A DNA stretch of 34,940 nt from Sphaeroforma arctica JP610. Taxonomy: Eukaryota. Position numbers and translations under genes: made by a program. Where the stretch lies: NCBI RefSeq assembly GCF_001186125.1, contig NW_014040525.1:119786-154725 (forward strand), read 5' to 3'. A model generated the notes under the pieces. It saw only the letters and a list, made by a program, of their open reading frames with translations. It was not told the origin of the DNA and ran no database searches. Positions 22,001 through 34,082 of this stretch are shown in pieces (position 1 is the first letter of the stretch; each line of letters begins with the position of its first letter).

Positions 22001-22324
22001 ACGGTAGCATCGGAGAGGATAACCTGGGTATAAATGTATGTGTGTATATGGGTAAGGGGCTATGCATACATCCACCTGAGAGATTGTATGTGTGGTACGG
22101 GTATGTGTGATGAGTTACAGGGTATGTGCGGTGCTGGTGTCGGGATCGAGTCAGGGCTCCGCGCAATACTTGCAGATGTAGCCGTTGATCTTGTGTTCGT
22201 ATTCGCCAAAAAAAAAACCCCCTCCCTAGAAAAAACCCAAAAACTGCCAGGTAGATGGTCTGCGAGAAGGCAATCGCTAACACAATATATACATATATAT
22301 ATATATATGTATATATATATATGC

Positions 22325-22360
<36 letters not shown>

Positions 22361-22423
22361 ACATGAACATGAACATGAACATAACATGTATACGTATATA
22401 CATATATATACATATGTATATAA

Positions 22424-22478
<55 letters not shown>

Positions 22479-24326
22479 AGATATATATATATATAAAGTT
22501 ATAAAGATATATATATATATAGGTAGATGTATAGATATATAAATATATGTAGATGTATAGATACATAAATATAAACCAAAAGCGTGATCAGAGAATTGAG
22601 GACAGTGAAAAGATGATATAACGACTCTTTGGTACTGGGCAACATATACGACTGTATTTAAGCTGGCAGGTACATTTCTAGAATACCACTTTCGGGTTTA
22701 TACACTAGATCTCGTAAACAATCCAGGCGGGATGGGCGATCACTCTCTAATAGATACGGAAACACATCATATTGCTCCGGTACGCTGATTCGTCCAGTAT
22801 TCCATATTCACACAATTGTGGTTCAAAGTAGATGTACACACATAAGAACATATGAATATACGTACATATACATACATACATACATACACACATACATACT
22901 TACATACACACACACAGACACACACATATATATACATATATATTAAATACATAAGCATACACCATACCTTCACACCCTTCCATACGGGCGTGCTCTATCG
23001 CAGGTGTAATAAAGTGCGCCATAAATTCAGTACCAGGTGCAATGCAACTATATATATAGCACATACATACGCAAACACCATACCTTGACACCCTTCCAGG
23101 CGGGGTGCGTGCTCGCTCTCTCATGAATGTAATACCGTAAGCACTCACTGAGATGCGCCATGAATTCAGTACCAGGCGTAATGCAATTGCGATCAAAGTC
23201 GAACTTCTTCTTCTCCGGGGGCAGCGTAAGACCTGATAAAGAAAACAAAATAGAGATGACCAAATAAGTATATCAGTATAAGTACGCTGTTTAGAAAAGA
23301 TACAACGAGCAGAGATACAATATTCAAAACTGGTACTAGGTGGTAAAACTGCCGGAGACTACAAGAAAAAATAACCTGCGTATAAATGCAGCCGTCATGA
23401 GAAACACCCCAAAGAATCATTCTAATGTAGTTCCCCTCCTATATAGCATATACAGTCTACTACAACAGCCAACTTCGATACAAAAGGGTTCATATACAGA
23501 CACACTTTGCTACACACAGAGACCGCACTATGCCATATATAGAACGGCTACAAATAGAACACACCTTCGCGAATCAGTCGGTTGCGTTCTTCCTCTTTCT
23601 TGATCTTATTCTCCTCAGACTCCTGGGCAGCACGGAAACGGCGTGAACGTTGCTGGTTCATCTTGGCTCGGGGTGCCACACCATCGACAGCCATGTACAG
23701 TATGCGCTTGGGACGCACAATGTTCATGATACGATCGACATACTCAAAGATCAAAGTGATCATCTCATCCTCGCTTGTGGGGGTGGGACTGTGGAAGTCA
23801 AGAATATGTGTATAGACAGGGGATCAGTGGCACGCCGGCGTGAATGTGTGATGTTTGAATATATATGTTTGTGTAGCATTTGCTAAGCGATCACAGTCAT
23901 ATCTCATCCTCGCTTGTAGGGGTGGAACTATTGAGGTGATCCCCAGCAGTATAGGGACGGAGTATACGTAAGTGTATAAGATAAGGTTAACGGCATGCAA
24001 GCTTGAATGTACAATGCACGTGTATATATGTATGTGGATACAAACATAGGAATTACAGGCAAATCTCATCCTCGGCTGTGGGGGTGGTGCTGTAGAGTTG
24101 AACCTCAGAGATACAAGGAGGCAGTATATATATATATATATATATATATAGATGAGATAATGAAAGCGGCATACGGGCTTGAATGTACGATATCTGAGTA
24201 TATTTTTACGTGAAAGAGTACATTGGAATCACAGTTATATCTCGTTCTCGCTTGTGGGGTGTGCCCGTGGATGGCCGGAATGGGAGTAGTATGTATGTGT
24301 GTATATATGAGAGAAGTGGCATGCTG

Positions 24327-24399
<73 letters not shown>

Positions 24400-24655
24400 A
24401 ATCGAGATACCTATACATAGGTGTACGAGTGCTCAAAGAATTAAGCCATATCTCATACTCGCTGGTAAGGGCGGGGCTGTGGATGGCCGGGAAAGAAGAA
24501 ATACTTATGTATGTATACATGAGATTTCATGCAGAAGTTAATGTACAAAGTCCAGATACATTGTAAGTGTACGAGTACTCAGCGATTAAAGTCAGATCTG
24601 GCCTTGCTTGTGGGGGTGGGTTGAAAAATTAACAAAAACAAATGTATGTATCCAT

Positions 24656-24686
<31 letters not shown>

Positions 24687-27084
24687 AGCATTTGAATCTA
24701 TTCGATACACTCGAAGATTGGTGTGATCTTTGTCTCGTTTATGAGATAAGGACTCCAATTCCCGCCACAACACTTGATGCCTATCGCCTCTTGATCCCTT
24801 TAAGAGTATATGAGAACGTACAGGATATTACATATAATCACTTGATAGACTCGTATCACATACCGATCCTCGGGGTGGCAACAGGGGTGAATGATACCAT
24901 TCATATCCAGATAAAGATTGTCATATTCAATGCCGTTGGGATTTGGTAGCGTCTGGTCCACGGGGATCTTTTCGCCATCGACTGTTTCACCTTCAATCTG
25001 CGTGAACAATACAAATGAAACTGGTTTGCATGTATACGTGCATGTGTGTACAAATACGTGCAAGTATTTTTATGTTTGTGTATGTGTGTGTACTTGCACG
25101 CGTGTGTACAGGTGAACTTCCATTATAAGGCCTTTCTTGATGTGTGTGTAAAAGTGAGTACTTAAGATCGTACAAGCATATGCTCGAGTATGAGTACGTG
25201 TCCGAGCACAGGGAGTTTGCGAAGTACACTATGGGTCCAGTCATTTCTCATTTGTACATCAAACAACCACGCTGAAAGTACAGATGAACACAAAGGGATA
25301 TTGACATACAGATGAATAATTTACCACGCACATATAATATCATGAGCTAATGAAACTTTGATTCGAGAGCGTGTATCTCGGATACTTGAGAAGCGAAACA
25401 ACCCTGTCACCACCGCTAAGCAAACGATGAGCATATCTTATAACAGATTATGCTCACTTTATAAACCAAGGATGTGTAGCAAGCAGCCAATATTGTGCTC
25501 TCGGCTAAGATAATGGTGGACTGGTTGATAGCTCTATATGTGTTTTGCCAGTTCATCATAGATCGGAGAGTTAAACACTTGGCCGTATCTCGATATATAT
25601 CCCAAATATAGAGCACTCCACAGGTACATATTTGACATGTACCGAACTGTAGAGCACTACAAAGGTGCAGAGATATCTTATATATATCGAACTGTAGAGT
25701 ACTACACAGGTACATCATCTAAACATATATACAACTAGAATAATACTTAGAAATTGAACATACGATGTCTACAGGCACACCTAATTCTATATCCAACTGT
25801 AGAGAACTACGCAGGTTCATACACATCTGAATATTCAACAGTAGAGTATTACATAGGTACTGAGATGCGATGTCTGCCACATTATATATCTAACTGTACA
25901 GCACTAAGGTGCGTACACATCTGAATATCCAACTGTAGAATACTACATAAGTATTGGAGATACGATGTCTACAGGCACACCTTATTATATATCTAACTAT
26001 AGAGCACAACGCAGGTACATACACATCTAAATATATATCTAACTGTAGAGCACTATATATGTATTTGCGATACATTGTCCACAGTCGCATCTAATTATTT
26101 TCTAACTGTAGTTCACTTCATGGGCAAGTGGGGCTTGACAAGAAAGATTCGCATCTAACAAGAACAAGATGATGTGTATAGCAATCTTACCGCGCTGATA
26201 AAACCCTCATGAGCTACTATGAAGTGACACACATGTCAACTAGTATTAAAACGAATCAAAGATATAGCACCTTCGCGAAACTGTTGCCAAAACAATGGAA
26301 AATCCGGCGAAGTAGCACAAGAAACAACCGAAGTGTATCGGAAGCCAAGGAAATATCGCATGCGCAATTATAATATTTGATGATCTTAGCCAGACCGCAT
26401 TATATGTTGGTCATAGTCAAACTATCATGCAATATATCTAGCGATATGATACGTCACAAAGTGTGGGTACAAGACTTAAATCAAAGTTCAGAATCAGTTC
26501 AGGTAATCAAATAAACCAGTCTTTGAAGAACTATCGCGTCATTTAACAATTACTATAGATAACCACCACGGATGCGGAGACATATCTTGAGTCATAGCTC
26601 ATAAATCGGTTCAAATTGTGTTGTGCGTACGCTGAACAACTGTTTGAATTCATTGTATTGCAATAATAGTCAATTCGAAACAATCACACAATATGATAAC
26701 TACTTTGAACATAACGAATTGGGTCCATGACGTGAGTTATAGTTTAGATTCCGTACAGATTGTGTTGTGTTGTGTGCGTCTGAGCCTCTATTCAGATCAA
26801 ATCAAATCGGTTTGTGTAAGGTGCGAAAGGTATTTTATGAAGTCATGTTTATATGATTTGCAAACAAGGTTTGCACAAGTCTGTAACACTGTAGCACATG
26901 TACACCATTACAGGTATAGGGTAAGTATGAAATAGCATGTGCCTGTTAATATACATTTAAAATGTGAATACAATCTTATACTTCTGTCAATATTCTTACA
27001 TATACACACCCTTACCTCCTGAGCAGGAACGACGATCTTTTCGTACTTGTTAGACAACCATCGGAAGAATGCTGGAACTCCCAT
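16070..27084 (-). CDS. XRN2: 5'-3' exoribonuclease 2 (XRN2/Rat1). Eleven exons: 27084-27016, 24997-24864, 23788-23565, 23232-23084, 22023-21406, 20804-20702, 20085-19938, 19588-19228, 18609-18146, 17543-17146, 16533-16070 (3132 nt, 1043 aa)
   Basis: Conserved motifs [117 protein letters not shown] and [18 protein letters not shown] knuckle ([14 protein letters not shown]) and the absence of XRN1 C-terminal domains favour XRN2. All joins are GT-AG and in phase. Confidence 0.95.
22285..22575. repeat. (TA)n-rich tract in XRN2 intron 4
   Basis: Direct reading. Confidence 0.9.
25590..26115. repeat. Degenerate tandem repeat in XRN2 intron 1
   Basis: Core aactgtagag.actac recurs about 9 times; gatacgatgtctacaggcacacct recurs with about 200-bp higher-order spacing. 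Confidence 0.8.
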
Positions 27085-28068
27085 TTTTGCACTGGAGTGT
27101 CGTACAGAAATCTACTGAGGTTTGTACTGTATTGGACCTACTATCAAAAATATGCGGATACGATTATTCTACACATGTACGAGCATGCAAAAATTAGTGC
27201 TGGTAGCTCACGTTAAAATCGATAAGTGAAGCCTAACGACACGCACACAATACCAAACGTTGACCACCAAATGGGTGTGTTTGTCTTTGTTTGCTGGGTC
27301 ACAATATCAAGCGGAGATATCTCAGCAATGAACGTGCTGATTCCATTCGCTTTGTGTATCCCACATAAATCTTTTTTTTGAAGATTTATGTGGGTATGTA
27401 TGTTCATCATTTTATTCTCACAAGTTTCAACATGCCGGTTCAAGAATTCAGTTCGTACACGTATTAAGTTCGGTACGTTCCTGATTTAAAATCGGCGGGA
27501 ATTGTTTCTAAAATATAAGTTTTAGTTGAAATGTCAAACTTTACGAGAAAAAAAAATGAGAAAAACAAGCAACTAATAAATATTGCGAGAATGTATGTTA
27601 CCCTGAATTATGTCCCTAATTGTTAATTTTTGGTCCTTAATTTCAGGGCACTTTTGGAAATATTTGCCATACAGACCCTTTAGGAAAAATTGGCGGGTTT
27701 CCACTTTTCGACCTACACGTAATATGCTGCTCGCAGCAGCAGGCTTTAAACAAAAAGTTCTTACTTTCATACATAGCGTATTCCTACATGTGCGTATTGT
27801 ACTAGCGTAGGATGTATATAGGTGAAGGCTGTACAGACAGGGTGTATACTGTTAAGCGAGACAAGTGCACATGCAGATGTATATGTATATATATATATAT
27901 ATATATATGTGCTTATATTTGTGTACGAGATAGTTGTATGCAGTATTCGGCGTAGAGAGGCACGAGCGGCCGTCAACCAATTCGGTGCACTATCAGCTTC
28001 GTGTATTATAAGATATATCTGGTATGTTACGGTAGTACCATGGGGCTCATCGGTACCTTCTCATACAG

Positions 28069-30480
28069 CACGCAATATCAGCCAGTATCGATACGAATAT
28101 AGTTCAACAAGTCCTTACTGTGTCAAAAGCCCACAAAGATGAGATAGTGAACACATCAGTGCAAATTAATACGAAATCATCTGCACCTACTGATATAGAT
28201 AATATGACTGAGCAGACTGTAAATGAGATACATTCAAAGGTGTTGCCTAGAGATGTGAACGTCAATACCGGTATAGGTTCGAGTGCCTGTGTTAAAGCTC
28301 GTGGTGCATCTTTAGAAGATATGGAGGTCGACGATAGTGACCTACAAGCGTCTTTGATTATGTTTTCGCCGCAAAGGTCTAGCAGTTGTACGAACATAGA
28401 CATATGCACACAGTCAGAAAGCAAAGTGAGTGTTGATCGTGATCTGAGGGAACTTCCCACACAGAGCTGGAAGCATGTAGTGGCATCCCCTGATCATGGC
28501 ACGACAGAGGTAGGTGGGGTGACCCGGAAACACACAGCAGAGACGTCGTCGCCAGTTCCAATCTATGATAATGCAGATGCTGATACAAGCGTGATCATGT
28601 TATCTCCATCACGATCAATACCTAAAGTCTTGATGGATGATAGTCCAGTACTTTGTGTTCAGAGTGGCACACCGATAGGTAATAGTGATACAACTGGAGG
28701 AAACAATGCCGATGACAGTGTAATTGTTTTGTCACCGCAGAAGCCCGTGTGCAGTGTATCATCAGGTGGAAGTGTGGTACTTTGCGCTACAGGCGGCATA
28801 GCTGACACCACATTATCAGTGGTACAGGGAGGGTCAATCAAAGAGGAATGTGAGGGAGGTGACTGCATGGTAGGCGAGTCTATCATCGATGTGTCTGCCA
28901 ATACAATGCTGCGGGCGCTGAGGAAGATACATACCTTCACTTCAGCGCAGTCACCTGACAAGGGGGGGGTGTCTACAGGTCATGTGGATTGCATGGAAGG
29001 AATTGTTGGTAGGCCAGGAATGTGTTCGAATTCTGCGTCACATAGTGACAATAGCTCGGTGGCAAAGCTAGGGAGCTCCCGCGATGATAGTAACGAACAT
29101 GTGATGAAGGAGGAAAACTTGTCGGCTAAAGAGGTGTCGATTCATGAGAGAGTACGATCTGTAGACGGTGAGTCAGCCATTAAGGTGGAGCAGTCGGTAG
29201 ACGAGCAGCCGAATAGCAGTACACAAATGTCGGTGGATGAGAAAGTGAGTCCCAAAATTGAACAATATGTAGGTATCAAACTCAGCCCCAAATTGGAACA
29301 CGCAGAGTATGTATTGGCTGGTTTGGGCTCAGGATGTTCGGGCTATCAGAATGAGTTAATTGGCTCGGATAACAAAAATTCGATGCAAATGGATGATGTG
29401 AATCCGGATTTGAAGACGGAAGACGACTCACAAGTAATTGAAGGAACTGCTGACAAACCACGTGTGAGTACAGATACGGATGGAGATGTGGAGATGCATG
29501 GGCTAGAAGTGAACACAGAAGTACGACAGAGTCATACAAGAGTACGACAAACCGTCACAGACGTAGTGCAAAAAGGCGCAGGTGCCCCGCAGAGGAAGAC
29601 AAGACAGAGTAGAAGGGCAAATGAATCAAAATCTGCTTGTAGTATTGCCAGGGCCAAAACTTCTACAGCCCCTGCTGAACATGGAGATGTAGAGATGGCT
29701 GAGCCAGAGGTTCATGCAAGCAATGTTAAGAGCGTTGCCCTAAAGGAATATGCCGGTGACTATATAGCACCTGAGGTAGATAAAGTCGAGGCAGATGATA
29801 CAGCACGTAATACAGGTGATATGGAGGATACCGAGAATACCGGTAGTCAGATAGATGATACAGAAAATTTGGATAGTGAGATAGGCGACGCGGCCGATGT
29901 GAGTGGGTTGGACAGCAGGGGTAGCGAACTGGCTGATATAGATAGCGTCGCGGGTGATGGGGATGGCACAGCAACCGATGCCAGTGAGGGCGAGGTATCA
30001 GAGTCAGCGCAAATTGATAGTGAGATAGGCAGTGAAGCACATCCAGCTAGTGATATGGATGATATAGAGGACATTCCTGTTGAATTAGAGGATATCGCTG
30101 ATGCTGCTAGAGGCATGGATGGTACAGAGAACGTTACTACTGAGGTAGGTAATGCAACCAATGACATGAGTGAGTCAGATGATACAACACATGCTACTAG
30201 TAATATGGATGATAAAGCGGACATTGCTGCTGTGGTAGACGATACAACCAATGATGCGAATGAGTTAGAGTCGGCGACAGGTGCGACGGCAAGTGGAGAA
30301 AAGATAGCCAAGAAGCGCAAGATACAAGGTGTACATCGCGTACGACTGCGCAAAGCCGCTAAGGCTGTGAATGGAGCTAAGCTGGTACAAGTATGTGTGT
30401 ACTTAATTGCTGATGCCTTGGAACATTTGAATGTATATGTCACTGTATGTATAGATGTAAATATATATATATATATATAT

Positions 30481-30511
<31 letters not shown>

Positions 30512-30514
30512 GTA

Positions 30515-30545
<31 letters not shown>

Positions 30546-30853
30546 TGTATACTATAAATTTCTAGGTATTGTCTATAAACTGCCAAGAAGCGCAAGCGAC
30601 AAGGTGGACATCGTGTGCGGTTGCTCAAAGCCATCAAGACCGTCGATGGATTTAAGCTTGAACTTGTATATGTGTATCAAATTGCTTATGACTTGATGTA
30701 CAAATGTATACAGTGGAAGAATCAGTCTGTTATTAGCGAAGACCTACATATAGATATCCAAAAATACATACGTACATACATATATACATACAAACATACA
30801 CACTTACATACATACATACATGAATACATACATACATACATACATACATACAA

Positions 30854-30894
<41 letters not shown>

Positions 30895-31434
30895 CTCATG
30901 CATACATACATACATACACAGAGAAGACAGCATAATATATATATATATATATATATATATACCACGTCCGTGAGCTAGCACATGTTGCAAGTATTAAGTG
31001 TCTCATCCACGAAAATAACTGTACTATACCAGCTCAAACACAGTCATAGTCTTGGCGGCTTTTTGCAAGCGCAGACCTGCACACAAAATCATCCACTTTT
31101 CGGCTGTACGTATATAAGTGTGTATGTATGTATGTATGTATGTATATATATATGTGTATGTATGTATGTATTTATGTACATATGCATATATGTATGTATG
31201 TGTATCTATGTACGTCGAATGTTGATGGTATATTGGAGTTTGTACAACCGTCGTATCATGCACAAAACAGGTGTCAAAAACTTCAATCAGGGGCAATTAC
31301 TTATTCACGTTACTTGTGGGCCATACAGGCTTCTAATGATGCGCAAATGGAGGAGAAGTTACGCCTGGAGCGTCTGATGGACCGTCAAAGACGCATCAGG
31401 ATCGCTGAGCAGCAAGCAAAGCAAGAGGAACTAG
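28069..31434 (+). CDS. Partial gene: a large acidic, low-complexity exon (28069-30390) plus exon 31329-31434; possibly the N-terminal part of an ATRX/ARIP4 (RAD54L2)-like SNF2 protein
   Basis: 774 open codons between catacag| and CAA|gtatgt, joined in phase 0 to catacag|ASNDAQMEEKLRLERLMDRQRRIRIAEQQAKQEEL G|gtatgc. The spliced LRKAAKAVNGAKLVQASNDAQMEEKLRLERL resembles the IRK..L...T..A..EE.ER..R helix before the ATRX/ARIP4 helicase domain. No helicase exons are visible, so the family call is tentative. Confidence 0.6.
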
Positions 31435-31744
31435 GTATGCGGAGACCAGTCTGACTATTGTATCTGTACAATAGTACATGTACTTATCTTGCATATCTTA
31501 TGTATTCAGTGGTAGGTGCATTTAGAGTTCATTTATCCGTCGAGTATTCAAATGGATAAAAGACACAATTGTAGCAAGAAGAATTAGGTATGAGGAGAAG
31601 GGCCTGGCTATTTTGGATGTATTATAATGCAACTTTGTGTCGTGTCCGTCTTGCGTATTTGATGGTGCGAGGTCCCCAACAAGGCGTGTAAGTTGCATCG
31701 GATTATCTACTTCGATTTTTGGACACAACTTGAGCCACAAGTAT

Positions 31745-31756
31745 CAATACACACAC

Positions 31757-31790
<34 letters not shown>

Positions 31791-31931
31791 GTATGTATAT
31801 ATATATATATGTATATGTATATGTATGTATGTATATATATTTACATATATATACGTATATATATATATATATATATAATACTACTATATATATATAGTGT
31901 ATATATAGTAATATATATATATATATATATA

Positions 31932-31986
<55 letters not shown>

Positions 31987-32084
31987 CGTATATATATGTG
32001 TGTGTGTGTGTGTGTTTGTGATATATATTATGTGTGTGTATGATTTTGTGTGTGTATAAGTGGGTGTATGTGTGAGTATATATG

Positions 32085-32115
<31 letters not shown>

Positions 32116-32172
32116 ATGTATATGTATATATATAGTGTGTGTATGTATATGTATATATATATATATATATAG
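31745..32172. repeat. Long (TA)n/(TG)n microsatellite between the two convergent partial genes
   Basis: Direct reading. Confidence 0.95.
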
Positions 32173-32289
32173 TAAAATCGCTTTCAATCAGGAGTAAATT
32201 GAATATGCAGTGCTACATATTACTTATACTTCAACGTTCGGAAACCATAAGCACAAGAAAAAAAATCGTATTCCATGAAATCTACTTAC

Positions 32290-32495
32290 ACATATGCGTT
32301 TTTCTCTTCGTCCGTGAATCCATTTTGGTGGATAATTTTCATCTGTTTAGCGATTGTACTTTTGCCAGACTCCCCGGCGCCCAGAAGCAGTAAACGCACT
32401 TCATTTTCAATCTTTTGTCGCTCGGCTTCTAATTGTTTATCTATTGTTTGTGTCTTTTGAGCGAGATTTTCTTCTTTCGATCCGGCACAACCCAT
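32290..32495 (-). CDS. Heterotrimeric G-protein alpha subunit, first coding exon only
   Basis: MGCAGS N-terminus (Gly2 myristoylation, Cys3 palmitoylation pattern) and P-loop [24 protein letters not shown]; ends TAT GT|gtaagt (phase-2 donor). Confidence 0.92.
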
Positions 32496-33639
32496 ATTGT
32501 CATCAATATAAATAAATGTCTATATATATATATAAGTGTTCAAGCACAGCACAGGTACTTGTGCCATCAAAGGTGCTTTCGTGCGACGTTGCTCAGAGAA
32601 TAAGTTGTTGCCCACGAAATTATATACTCAGCGCACACTCTACACACTGGTGTTGTACACTCTCCTAATGCACTAGAATATTACAGTGAACACGTGCGGC
32701 TGGACATCGAGGTGCTTCTTGCCATTCTATATTGTCTGTGAATCGTGTGCAATAACAACCTGTTGTGTTCCGGCACTAGGTTAAAAAAAAAAAATTTGAT
32801 TACAATCCTCTTCTCTTTACTGATCAATGCGAAGACCGTAAGACTGAAGACCACTCCGAACAAAGAAATGTATTTTGTCCTAATATTTTTATTGTGAAAC
32901 TTTTGTTCCCGTATTTGCCGTGTTTTTTAAAGATGAGGACACATAATAAGTCCAATTCTGGCCGGTTTACTCCACAACGTTGGAGTTTAGACCAACAAGA
33001 CTTACACACACAAGAGAGAGAGTGGCAACAACCCACATCTACGACTCATGACGTTTTTTCCAGGTAACGAACCAAGTTTTTATTAAATAGATATGCCTCT
33101 TGATGACTCTCTCTCTACTAGTATTTATTTGGTGCAGAGTGCAGACTGCAGACTGTCTGACTGAAGAGTGCAGACTGTGCAGAGTGCAAACTGTTTGCGT
33201 TTGGTCACACTTTATTTATTTATAAAATTTTGTTTTGTTTTTTTAAATAAATGTAGTTTTTATTTTTATTTTTTTTGTTTAAACAAAACAACCCTTTTTA
33301 AAGTAGTTGAAAAAAAAGTGGCTGTCCAAGAAAAAGAGAAAAATTTTGAGTAAATTATTTTTTGAAAATGCTGTAAATAAATACATGTAAATAAATATGT
33401 ATTTTCATGACCCTCTAGAAGTGCAAAATATAAAGGAGAACGGACAAGATGGCCGTGGTATTTTTATAAATGTGTAAATTTTTAAAATCTTTACACAAAA
33501 CTGTTTTGTTTTGTTTTTTAAAACAAACATTTGTTTTTACAAAAAAGCAATGTTCTAAACATTTGTAAGCATTTTTTTTTTAAATATTTAAACGTGTATT
33601 TAAATACTCGTACTACTCGACTAATATATACGAATTTTT

Positions 33640-34082
33640 CATAGCCTTCTAAATTATTTAGGGAAATAGCCCCTTTTTGATACAAAAAAAAATACATATT
33701 TAAATATCTTTGCCAAAAACTGGCTAAATGTCAATCATATATTTTTAGAAATAATATGTTTCTCCGAACACGGGCTATTTATTTACTGTATTTATTTACG
33801 ATATTTTTTAAAAGTAGAAGGTTTTTCGGTACTATATAGTATGCACTATGCAGTCCTAAATCAGGACACAGAGTGTTATATCAGGACACAGAGTGTTATT
33901 GAATTTTGTCCGGCGACATGTCATCACTTGCTTCATGCTTGCGTTTAATTGGTGTGTGCAAAATATTTGTGGCCAATTATAGTATAATAGGAGCCCTAGC
34001 CAGGTTAAAAACTGTGCAAATAAATAAATAAAATTAAACATGTGAAAACCGGTGGCTGTCCTGTACAATTTAGGAGGCTATG
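33640..34082. mobile_element. Putative non-autonomous DNA transposon (MITE-like), about 443 bp
   Basis: Terminal inverted repeats catagccttctaaatt (33640-33655) and aatttaggaggctatg (34067-34082), 15/16 complementary. AT-rich non-coding interior; the same TIR motif recurs at 11501 and 13784-13814. No clean target-site duplication. Confidence 0.55.

Noticed and set aside
19078..22110. Plus-strand ORFs overlapping XRN2 exons (19078-19668, 19938-20339, 21379-21747, 21787-22110)
   Set aside because: They are antisense shadows of GC-rich coding exons.
16070..27084. Assignment as XRN1
   Set aside because: The CCHC knuckle, HPCCHPED motif, length of about 1040 aa and absence of XRN1 C-terminal domains fit XRN2/Rat1.
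28120..30696. 858-aa ORF taken as a complete single-exon gene
   Set aside because: It starts at a GTG inside an exon that begins at 28069, and it runs past the donor at 30391 into TA repeats.
31744..32187. ORFs rich in YI/IY/HT/CV (also at about 8040-8516, 10057-10359, 15587-15991, 21891-22542, 24206-24566, 30440-31296)
   Set aside because: These are translations of (TA)n/(CA)n microsatellites, which lack stop codons.
32824..33036. ORF shown as MGCCHS.. resembling a second lipidated G-alpha N-terminus
   Set aside because: The start codon is GTG, not ATG, and no P-loop follows.
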